From positions 1,369,616-1,433,615 of the forward strand of contig CAVTSM010000003.1 of NCBI GenBank assembly GCA_963737345.1: a DNA stretch of 64,000 nt, in the 5' to 3' direction. Origin of the DNA: an uncultured Pseudomonadota bacterium (GTDB lineage: Bacteria > Myxococcota_A > Polyangia > Fen-1088). The notes below the pieces were generated by a model. It had not been told where the DNA came from. It was given only the letters and a program-made list of their open reading frames with translations, and made no database searches. Positions within the stretch are counted from its first letter, which is position 1, and each line of letters starts with the position of its first letter. The translations under genes and the position numbers were made by a program. Positions 26,960 to 34,834 of this stretch are shown here, one piece after another.

Positions 26960-27047
26960 ACCGCGATCGTCGCCCGCTACGTCAACACACGTCGCTTGCC
27001 CCGGGCCCTCCGAGCCCGCTGCAGTTTCTGAGGCCGCGAAGCGGTCG

Positions 27048-27368
27048 TTGTGGAACTCCAAACCGGTCTTGAGGGCCTACAACGGCGTTCTTCTCGTCGA
27101 GTTGAAGCACATCGTCCCCGACTTTGACCATCCGACCAAGGCGAAGGACGGCACCGACATTCCGGGCGCCAAGAACGAAATCGTGCGCGTCTTCGTCGAG
27201 TGCGCCGACGCCGTTGGGGGCGACGCCAAGAGTGGCAGCGATCAGGTCTTGGCGGGTCTTGGCTTCCCTGTATTGAGATTCACCTCAGAGGCGATCTTCT
27301 CCGATCCGATTGCCTCGGCTCTCGAGGTCTTCTGGTACCTAGAGCGCGGCGATCACAGTTCCGGGTAG
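27048..27368 (+). CDS. DUF559/Vsr-like endonuclease-fold remnant (degenerate)
   Basis: TTG start. VPDFD...VRVFVECAD...DQVLAGLGFPVLRFTSEAIFSDP resembles the PD-(D/E)xK core and C-terminal ...VLRF... of DUF559 proteins, but catalytic positions are not all present. Confidence 0.35.
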   Translation: MWNSKPVLRAYNGVLLVELKHIVPDFDHPTKAKDGTDIPGAKNEIVRVFVECADAVGGDAKSGSDQVLAGLGFPVLRFTSEAIFSDPIASALEVFWYLERGDHSSG

Positions 27369-27463
27369 AGCAAGTCCCCGCTCACGCTATTCTCGTTCCT
27401 TCGGCGAGCCATGAAGGAAGAGGTCTTGACGCTGCCTCACCCGAATCTCCGGGCCGAAGTCTG

Positions 27464-27958
27464 TCAGGGCATTTTCTTGCCTCGCTCGGCCCGCGCGCTG
27501 ACCACGCGAGCGAGGTCGAGGAGGACTTCTTGCACCTCACCGGCACGCGCTCTCAATTCGTCGGGGCTCATCTGCAAGAAGCCCGCGAGGTTCGAGTTGA
27601 TCTGGCGAAGCAACGCTTCGTCCTTTTGGAGAGCCCCCATGCGACGCCGGGCAGCCTTGACTTGATTGGCATGGACCGATCCCGCGTAGAGCGCTTTCGC
27701 TCCCTCGGCGGTCCACTCCTTCAGCACCGGCAGAGCGTCTCGGCAGATCGCCCCGTTCTGGTAAACGGATACATGCGCGGCCGCCTCGATGATGGGGCGG
27801 TCCGCTCGAAGGTCGTGAATGCTTATGCGCTTTCGATCCTTCAGGAACCGCCTGATCTCGTATTCCGGCCAACAGAATCGCTCACCGACGTTGCCGACAC
27901 TGCGCCCAGCATTCGCCGCATCTTGACGGCGAAGCTCCTCCGCCTCGTGTTGAGCGTC
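27464..27958 (-). pseudogene. open reading frame without a start codon, abutting the truncated transposase (gene remnant, unknown family)
   Basis: Track ORF 27464..27727 begins at a GTG. The same frame is open up to ~27958 (…RFCWPEYEIRRFLKDRKRISIHDL…VLKEWTAEGAKALYAG…) with no ATG/GTG/TTG. Confidence 0.3.
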
Positions 27959-27959
27959 C

Positions 27960-28825
27960 CTATCGGCATGCCGGGGTTCCAGGGTAATCGCCGCTGCCCA
28001 TCATCTTCCACCACTGACGGATCGAAGCGACGGCGAATTGGGGAGTGTCGTGGTCGCGGCCGACGTTCACCCATGCCTCATTGCGGGCCATGTCGTAGAC
28101 GCCGTACGGGATCGCCTTGCCGATCGCATCGCCCGGGAAATCGTGCACCAGTGCCTCTTCGGGCGTGGCCCGCGGTTGCCATTCCCGCCCGGCGTTTTTG
28201 AAATCACCGACCAGTTCCTTCTTTTTCGTGTCGACGGAGATCACCGGCTGCTTCCGGCGCAGGAACGACGTGGTGGTCGCGTTGATGTGCTCGAACTGTT
28301 CGTTGCGGTCTGGATGCGAGTCCCCTTCGCGGGTCTTGCGCACCGATTGCAGGCTGTATCCGAGTTCGTGGAGCAGACGTCCGACCGTCGTGGAGCTCAC
28401 ACGCCATCCGTCGTTCGCCAGCGTCGACGCGAGCTTCGCTCTGCTCTTGCAGGTCCATCGAAGCGGCGACATGGGGTCGCCACGGGTGAGCGGATCGACC
28501 AGCTGCTCGAGCGCCTGTTTCACTCCCGGGTTCGTCTTCTCGATGCCCGGGCGTCCCGCACCGACTCGGCGCACCCGTGTCGTGGCCTCGACTCCGCCTT
28601 CGATCTCGCGGCGGCCGCTCCGGATCGTTACCCGCGAAATCCCTGTCGCCGCAGAAACAACGGAGTCACCTCCGTACCCGATGGATCTCGACTCCGCCGC
28701 CGCCCACAGACGACGCGCACGCTCGTTGAGAACCGGCGCGACCACCGCGTACTTCGCCACGATGGCCGCTTCCAACTCTTCGTCTCGGCTCACAACCGCA
28801 GGAGATCACGCTTCCTTGCGATTGA
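27960..28825 (-). mobile_element. truncated ISAzo13-family IS; the transposase retains only the N-terminal 277 aa
   Basis: ORF 27960..28793: ...LNERARRLWAAAESRSIGYGG...PLRWTCKS...HPDRNEQFEHIN...PVISVDTKKKELVGDFKNAGREW...AIPYGVYD...IRQWWKMMG..YPG, then a stop. The canonical continuation (LLITADGGGSN... DDE core) is missing. Confidence 0.8.
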
Positions 28826-29293
28826 ATAGTTAATTTACGCGCGCCGCCTAAGTGTCGCCGCCCGGATTGTGGCCACCGAGAGGAGGCGGCCGACGGAGAC
28901 CTGCGTCGCTGCCCCAAGTGCAACTTCAAACTCTGGCCGATCGGCCAGGTGCCGCCCATCCGGTTCCACGACACGCGCCACACCACTGCGTCGCTGCTGA
29001 TGATGTTCGGCGCCAGCCCGATCGCGGTGCAGCGGATCCTCCGCCACTCCGACGTCCGCACCACGACCGACGTCTACAGCCACCTCGCTCCTGACTACCT
29101 GCGGGCGGAGATCAACAAGCTGTCGTTCCGGCCGAAGCCGCAGCCGGAGACCCTCACCCTGGCCCTCTCCTGCGGCGCGGCGCAGCGGGAGAGGGGATCA
29201 AAGGGCACCGGAGGCGGATGGATTTACTTCACCGGTACTTCAGAGCGAGAAAGAGGCGGGTTCGGCGGTTCCCCCCCCCCTCCGAATCCGTGA
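28826..29293 (+). pseudogene. tyrosine recombinase (integrase) C-terminal fragment
   Basis: The frame opens just after a stop at 28823-28825. It encodes a CxxC...CxxC insert and then IRFHDTRHTTASLLMMFGASPIAVQRILRHSDVRTTTDVYSHL (box II with the catalytic Tyr). The N-terminal two thirds are absent. Ends 20 nt before the att repeat. Contains a C10 tract at 29271-29280. Confidence 0.8.
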
Positions 29294-29312
29294 ACCATTC
29301 CGTCGAGTTAAC

Positions 29313-29358
29313 TCGGTCGGGGCGAGAGGATTCGAACCTCCGACATTCTGCTCCCAAA
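29313..29358 (-). repeat. 46-bp direct repeat = 3' half of tRNA-Pro (anticodon loop to 3' end + 4 nt); internal att site
   Basis: Identical to 34728-34773: TCGGTCGGGGCGAGAGGATTCGAACCTCCGACATTCTGCTCCCAAA. The flanking bases differ on both sides. Confidence 0.9.
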
Positions 29359-29384
29359 TTTACGAGGACGGCGTTCCAGACGGT

Positions 29385-29837
29385 ATGAAGGCGTCGCAAC
29401 CATCGGAGATGATTACAGAGTCGGATCCGCCCGGAGTCCAGCCGTCCCAGCCGGTAGCAGGAAGTACCAAGGATTTTGTTACCCGGTTGCTACCCGAATC
29501 TGGAAAGGCGTGGCCGCGGGCGCGGGTGCAGCCCGCCGAGGTCCACCCTGGGTGGCCCAACAACCCCGGGACGGCGGCGCCTGGCCCGACCACCCCCACC
29601 CCGAACGACCTCGGGGTTCTGTACGGCGGACGTAACCGGCTGCTCACGGTCAGGGAGGTCGCGGCCCAGCTCGGCGTGTGCACCGCGACCGTGTACCGCC
29701 TCTGCGAAATCGGCGAACTGCCGCATGTCCGGATTTCCGATGCGATCCGCGTGAGGCCCGCGGACCTGGAGGCGCTCGTGGCGTCCACCCTGACCGTCCC
29801 CGACAGGAAGCGTCCGCATCGACGGAAGGCCCCATGA
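29385..29837 (+). CDS. excisionase-family/MerR-like HTH DNA-binding protein (only the C-terminal ~60 aa are recognisable)
   Basis: LLTVREVAAQLGVCTATVYRLCEIGELPHVRISDAIRVRPADLEALV. The true start is uncertain (alternative GTG at 29526). Confidence 0.55.
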   Translation: MKASQPSEMITESDPPGVQPSQPVAGSTKDFVTRLLPESGKAWPRARVQPAEVHPGWPNNPGTAAPGPTTPTPNDLGVLYGGRNRLLTVREVAAQLGVCTATVYRLCEIGELPHVRISDAIRVRPADLEALVASTLTVPDRKRPHRRKAP

Positions 29838-29959
29838 GTCCCCCTGCGAATCGCCAAATTCATGTAGCAAGAGCGCCCGCAACTATCTAGCCTGGCCGCC
29901 GATAGTTCACCATGGCAGCGGGGTGTGCGAATGGCGATGTCTCGGAGGAGGGCTGAAAC

Positions 29960-30505
29960 GTGAGCGACGTGTCAGTGCTTTGCATCTATGGCGTGCCTCC
30001 GACAATGAGGCTGAAAACTGCTGGCGGACAGAGCACCGGCCAGACGTTCACCCTGACGAGCACGAACAAGGGGTCTTTCGAGCGGGCGCTCCGAACTGCA
30101 CTCGACGCCTTCGTCGGCAGCGACGCCAGCATCATGGGCGCTCGGTTCGCCTTCGTGCGCAACATCTCCGAGATTTCTACGGCGATTCGCTCCGGCGCCT
30201 ACACACAGGTCGTCTACTACGGTCACGCCGATCAAAATGCGAATGCGCTGATCACCTCCCATGGAGTGAGGATCACCCCGGCACAGCTGGCGTCGGCTCT
30301 GCAAGGGACTAGTGTTGCGCACGTCGACATCTTGGGCTGCAAGAGCGTCAGTTTCGCGGGGGAGCTTGCGACACTCGCACCAAAGTTGCGGGTGGGCTAC
30401 CTAACAGCGAAGAGATTCGACAACATCGAGGTCAATCTCCACACCCAGCAGGTCATCGATGTCGCGATCGATCGTCAGCCGCTGCTTCACTTCGGGCCGA
30501 AGTAG
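29960..30505 (+). CDS. small cytoplasmic protein with conserved YYGHA / ILGC motifs (module copy 1)
   Basis: GTG start with GGAGGAGGG 8 nt upstream. 181 aa, no signal peptide. His89 in VVYYGHAD and Cys127 in VDILGCKS, each following a hydrophobic strand-like run. Confidence 0.65.
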   Translation: MSDVSVLCIYGVPPTMRLKTAGGQSTGQTFTLTSTNKGSFERALRTALDAFVGSDASIMGARFAFVRNISEISTAIRSGAYTQVVYYGHADQNANALITSHGVRITPAQLASALQGTSVAHVDILGCKSVSFAGELATLAPKLRVGYLTAKRFDNIEVNLHTQQVIDVAIDRQPLLHFGPK

Positions 30506-31060
30506 ATGGGGGCGGTTCGCCAGGTTTGGTGCGTGCTTGGGGTCGCTGTCGCGCTCACCTCCTGCGCCCACCGTCATGGACGGGAGCGGCGCTCCGGGAA
30601 TCCGGTGACGTCGGACTATTGCGAGATGTCGGCGACGATTCTGCGGGCTGCGATCAAGGCTCCGGATCAGGAACCGAACGGACTCGACGCCCGGTGCGTT
30701 CGCGAATACGCCGGGGTTGGCGACCAGGTTTACGTTGATGCCCGGTTCACGAAGGGCGGTATGCTGGAGAGGGTTGCTGACAAGTCGTGTACGACGGGTG
30801 AGTTCGTGGTTCGGTTCGACTCGGAGCGCAATCCCCAGAGTCCCGCACCGGGAGTCATCTTCTTGAGCGTCGATGAACCAACGCCGACCGGCCGGCCTTT
30901 TTTCATCACCGTCGAGGAATCGCGATGGGCCAAGCGGCCCTCCAACGTCCTTGCGATGCCACCTTGCGATCCGGCCTTTGGCATCCTGAATGGCCGTACT
31001 GAAAGCACCGGCTGGACAGCCAAGGTTGTTCCGCCGCCTCGCGGACCTGACGACCTGTAG
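30506..31060 (+). CDS. lipoprotein of unknown function (module copy 1, partner gene)
   Basis: The ATG directly abuts the upstream TAG (30503-30505). Lipobox GVAVALTSC. Further conserved Cys in DYCEM, ARCVRE, KSCTTG, PPCDP. Confidence 0.65.
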   Translation: MGAVRQVWCVLGVAVALTSCAHRHGRERRSGNPVTSDYCEMSATILRAAIKAPDQEPNGLDARCVREYAGVGDQVYVDARFTKGGMLERVADKSCTTGEFVVRFDSERNPQSPAPGVIFLSVDEPTPTGRPFFITVEESRWAKRPSNVLAMPPCDPAFGILNGRTESTGWTAKVVPPPRGPDDL

Positions 31061-31067
31061 AGGTTGT

Positions 31068-32768
31068 TCACCGGGCCAGTCGAACACCGATTCCGACTGG
31101 AGGAGGGATGACTTCGCTGAAGCCGGAGCGGTCTTCGGAAATCCATGCCACGTCCGAACGATCGAGATCCCGGTTGAACTCGTAGTGCACCGCGAGCGGC
31201 CGGCCAGCCTCGTCGACTTTCAGGACGGCTGCTCTGAGAGTCGCGGTTTCAACGACATCACCAACCCTGAACGGACTGGTTCGAACGATTCCGTTCCGTC
31301 CAAGTGGAAAAAGCGGTGTGCTCTCCTGGACGACGTCGAGCGAGGTCGCGGATGTGCGGATGGCCGCGGTCTGTTCGAATGTGTGGCTCAGGACCAGCCA
31401 GTGCTTTGGCGCGTCCTCGCGTAAGACGAAGGGCGCAGAGAGGGCTGTCAACCCCTGAGTGGCACGGACGACCAAGGCCGTGTCGGCTGCGCGAGCGCGC
31501 TGCGGCACGGTCGCAAACCGCGCGAGGCTTTGCCTCGCTTCCTCGACGTTATCGACCGAGATTCGGCGCGTCTGGAATGGAGCGACGACGAGATGGATGA
31601 GTGTCGCCAGCGCCGCCACGCCGAGCACCAGCGAAGCGCGAAACGGCCGGCGAATCTGGCGCGTCCCCTGCTCAACCAGCACACCGACTACGCCGCTTAT
31701 GCCGAGCGCGGCGATGCCAAGAACGCGAAGTGCAGGCTCGGTCGCCGCGAGCGGGAACAGCGCGATGACGGAGCCGCAGGCGAGCCATGAGATGGGTAGC
31801 GGCAAGACCCCAGACGTTTGTCGACGGGCCGTCCAGACAGTCCGTATCACCAGAACACCGGCACCGAAGATCAACGCCGCTCCAACGGCTTCGGATGCGG
31901 GCAACCGCGCAGTCACGCCAGGGCCGAGCCAGGCCGACGCCAGCAGGGCAGAAACCGTCCCGGGAAGCGCATGCAAGAAGGTCCCAAGATCGGTTGTCGG
32001 ATCGCGATAGAAGCCTGTTCCTGCGGTGCCGTACCCGAGCGCGCCAGAGGTAGAGCAACAGCGGTCCCATTGCCGGCAGCGCACCGACGAGACGGCGCCG
32101 TACGGTCTCTCCGCGATGGCACAACTCGAAGGCGATCAGGTACCCAATCAGGCACAAGGCGTATTCGCCTGTCAGAGCGGCTGCACCGAACGCGCCGGCG
32201 GTCGCCAGTCCCAGGCCGCGACCCCGCTCAGCCCGCCAGCGCACGTAGAGCGCGAGTGCCAACGCGCCGAAGGTCACACTCACGAGGATGCTGCGGTTCG
32301 CCAGCCACACGACCGGTATGGCGAGAGTCGGAGAGACGGCGAACACAACCGTGGCGATCCATGCCGCGCGCTTTCCAACGACGGTCCGGTAGAGAACGTG
32401 AGCGGCGAGCACCGCTGCCGCCCACCACAGGAACGACAGTACGTGCGGCCCAAAGGGCTCATTGCCGAACAGCCGATGGTCGACCCAGATGAGCAGGCTG
32501 GGCAGCGGCCGCAGGAATCGGATCGTCAGGTTAGGCTCGGACCACCAGGGGATCACGCCGCGATCCAGAAGTGCTGACCGATTGTCGTCCGCGATGAGAT
32601 CGTAGAGGTGAAAGGCCCCCGTGGTGGCGTCAGCGTCCCCTCGATCATCGCCCGCTGCCCGAAATCGTCCATGCCGAACGTTGCATGCATGGCAGCACGG
32701 TTCAGGGCTCCCCCTGCCGCCAGGGTGCCGACAAGCACCACGCCCGCGATCCACGACCGACGCGTCAT
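31068..32768 (-). pseudogene. polytopic membrane protein interrupted by two frameshifts
   Basis: Three overlapping track ORFs (32553..32768, 31672..32829, 31068..32084) join into one sensible protein. The joins are ...TLTPPRG/AFHLYDLIADD... (at a G5 run near 32617-32621) and ...GPLLLYL/..GALGYGTAGTGFY... (near 32045-32060). Confidence 0.55.
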
Positions 32769-32777
32769 GTTCCGCCG

Positions 32778-33920
32778 TTACGGCGGAAGGAACCGGCCAA
32801 TTTTTCCCGCCTGCTGTTCCGTGAACCACAGATTTCCATCCGGCCCGCGCGCGATCCCATAGGGGCTTGCGGGCACGGGAAATTCGGTCACCTGGCCGGA
32901 GCTATTGATGCGACCAAGACTCGATGCTGATTGTTCCGTGAACCAGACGTTCATATCGGCACCGAGGGCCAGCGTGTAGGGATAGGCGTTCGGGGTCGGG
33001 ACGTTGAACTCGGAAACCGTTCCTGTCGTCGTGACTCGGCCGATCTTGTTGGCGTTTGCTTCCGTGAACCACAGTGCGCCGTCCCCGCCCACGATGATGT
33101 TGACGAGGTTGGGGTCAGGTGTCGGGACGCCGAATTCCGTGACCGTTCCTGCCGCCGTCATACGCGCAATCGAGACGCTCTCCACGAACCAGAGGTTGCC
33201 GTCTGGCCCCTGCGTGATCCCCTCAGGCGATGCGTTCGACGTCGGCAGCGGCTTGTAGGATATCGCTCCAGCAGGTGTCGAGATTCCGATGTGATTTTGA
33301 GTCGCGTCGGTGAACCAGATGTTACCACCCGGCCCCGCCGTGATCCCGCTGGGTATCGCGAGACCTCCGGTCGAGGCCGCGTATTCGGCCACCACACCGC
33401 TGGGAGTGATCCGTCCGATGTTCCCGATGCTCTCTTCGACGAACCAGAGATTGCCGTCCGGGCCTGGCGCCATCCTTCCCAAGCCGCTGGCCTGCGACAG
33501 GACCTGAAACTCAGTGATGGAACCGGTGGTGCTGATTCGGCGAACCTTGTCGTAGGCGCTGTCCGTGAACCAAAGATTTCCGTCTCCTCCGGCCGCGATG
33601 TATCGAGGCTTGGCGCCGATGTCCTGCAGGGCGAACTCCGTCACCCTGCTCCGGCACGTGGCGTTGTCGCAGTAGGCGCTGGCCGAGCAACCAGGCGTGC
33701 AGGTGACGCCGCTGCCTGCAGTTCCCCCCGACGATCCCACTGCACCAGCCGCCCCGTTCCCCCCAGCAGCGCCGCCTACGCCCGCCGCGCCACCTCCGCT
33801 TCCGCCGCGCCCACCAGATCCGCCTGTCGCGTCGGTCGTGGACGCACCAGCGCCCGCGGCACCGCCGGAGCCCTGAATTCCCGCATTTCCACCAGTCGAG
33901 GCGTGAGTGTCACCGCCCAT
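32778..33920 (-). CDS. Vgb (streptogramin lyase)-like beta-propeller repeat protein; the N-terminus is probably truncated
   Basis: Repeated GPDGNLWFTE..(x)..IGRIT..G.(V/I)TEF units. Gly/Ser/Thr-rich N-terminal linker. The frame upstream of the ATG reads GAQLLIIAPA preceded by TGA, so no complete signal peptide is present. Confidence 0.7.
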   Translation of the reverse strand: MGGDTHASTGGNAGIQGSGGAAGAGASTTDATGGSGGRGGSGGGAAGVGGAAGGNGAAGAVGSSGGTAGSGVTCTPGCSASAYCDNATCRSRVTEFALQDIGAKPRYIAAGGDGNLWFTDSAYDKVRRISTTGSITEFQVLSQASGLGRMAPGPDGNLWFVEESIGNIGRITPSGVVAEYAASTGGLAIPSGITAGPGGNIWFTDATQNHIGISTPAGAISYKPLPTSNASPEGITQGPDGNLWFVESVSIARMTAAGTVTEFGVPTPDPNLVNIIVGGDGALWFTEANANKIGRVTTTGTVSEFNVPTPNAYPYTLALGADMNVWFTEQSASSLGRINSSGQVTEFPVPASPYGIARGPDGNLWFTEQQAGKIGRFLPP

Positions 33921-34083
33921 AGCGGGCGCGATGATAAGCAGTTGCGCCCCTCAGTCGCAATCGGAGCGAGGATAACCTGGCCCAGCACGGTTTGGCCCAC
34001 CTGACAGTTGCGGCCAAGCAAGCGCGAAAGGTCGAGCTTCACGTCAGTAGCCTTTCGACGGCACGTCACCGGCTTCAGTGCAG

Positions 34084-34383
34084 TCACCGGTTATCCCACG
34101 ACCCCGGATCAAGCCGATGGTGAGCGACAGCGATGATCAGGACCTGGGCGGCCGTAAACCGATAAGCGATCGTATAGGGAAAGCGGCGGAGGACGTAACG
34201 ATGCGTGCCGTGCCGGACCGGCCAGCGATGCGGCGCCTGCACGATGAGATCGATCGCCCGCTGTACCTCGGTGGCAAACCGCGCTCCCAAGCCTTCGCGC
34301 TTCTCTTCGTACCAGAAAACGCCATGGCGAAGGTCAGCTCGCGCCGAACGTTCGAACCGATAGGTCCTCCTACCCTCGACCAC
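34084..34383 (-). CDS. ParE/RelE-family type II toxin
   Basis: ...FWYEEKREGLGARFATEVQRAIDLIVQAPHRWPVRHGTHRYVLRRFPYTIAYRFTAAQVLIIAVAHHRLDPGSW. Overlaps the upstream antitoxin gene by 14 nt. Confidence 0.8.
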   Translation of the reverse strand: MVEGRRTYRFERSARADLRHGVFWYEEKREGLGARFATEVQRAIDLIVQAPHRWPVRHGTHRYVLRRFPYTIAYRFTAAQVLIIAVAHHRLDPGSWDNR

Positions 34384-34618
34384 GGCGGGCCCGCAGTTCC
34401 GCTTCGATCTCCGTGAAGACGTCTTCCCCCGGAATCAGCTCGGCGCTGCCATCCTCGATGGCCCGAACCCGACGCTGAATCTCGTCTTCCCAGGCCGGGC
34501 TCAGCTCCCCATACGCCGTGACGTCGAGGCTCCTGAGCGCGTCCTCCGCTACCTCGGCGCGTTCCGCCGGCTCGAGATCGAGCAGCTCCTTCTTGACGGC
34601 TTCCTTCGCGCGTCCCAT
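34370..34618 (-). CDS. addiction-module antitoxin component
   Basis: ...LSPAWEDEIQRRVRAIEDGSAELIPGEDVF... is typical of the putative addiction-module component family. ATG at 34616-34618 (the track ORF starts at an upstream GTG). Confidence 0.7.
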   Translation of the reverse strand: MGRAKEAVKKELLDLEPAERAEVAEDALRSLDVTAYGELSPAWEDEIQRRVRAIEDGSAELIPGEDVFTEIEAELRARRGRG

Positions 34619-34727
34619 CTCCACAAGTGTAGCTCGGCTTGTCACCCGGCTGCTACGGGACGCTGCGAGCCGCTCAGCTTCGTCGACCCGGCGTGTGGCG
34701 GTTGGAAAGGATCCGCGCGGACTTAAG

Positions 34728-34773
34728 TCGGTCGGGGCGAGAGGATTCGAACCTCCGACATTCTGCTCCCAAA
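34728..34773 (-). repeat. 46-bp att repeat copy within and just beyond the 3' half of the intact tRNA-Pro
   Basis: Identical to 29313-29358. Confidence 0.9.
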
Positions 34774-34805
34774 GCAGACGCGCTACCAGGCTGCGCCACG
34801 CCCCG
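34732..34805 (-). tRNA. tRNA-Pro (anticodon UGG)
   Basis: The 74-nt cloverleaf folds by hand: acceptor CGGGGCG/CGCCCCG, D stem GCGC/GCGC, anticodon stem TCTGC/GCAGA with loop TTTGGGA, variable loop ATGTC, T arm GGAGG-TTCGAAT-CCTCT, discriminator A. CCA is not encoded. Confidence 0.9.
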
Positions 34806-34834
34806 TCGGGGCAGGAATATACACCGGCGCGGGG

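Larger units (their letters stand above)
24042..29312. mobile_element. decayed island segment adjacent to the internal att repeat (integrase remnant, IS remnant, nucleotidyltransferase, module copy 2)
   Basis: Gene fragments, a truncated IS, an integrase C-terminal fragment ending 20 nt from the tRNA-fragment repeat, and visibly AT-richer stretches. The left boundary is not defined by a repeat. Confidence 0.5.
29313..34773. mobile_element. att-bounded island segment at tRNA-Pro with no integrase inside it
   Basis: Bounded by the two 46-bp repeats. Carries an excisionase-like HTH, module copy 1, frameshifted and truncated genes, and a ParE/antitoxin pair. Confidence 0.7.

Noticed and set aside
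27200-28201. 333-aa plus-strand ORF spanning the DUF559-like remnant and the IS fragment
   Set aside because: It crosses several unrelated remnants. It is antisense to the transposase fragment and to the start-less remnant, and has no motifs.
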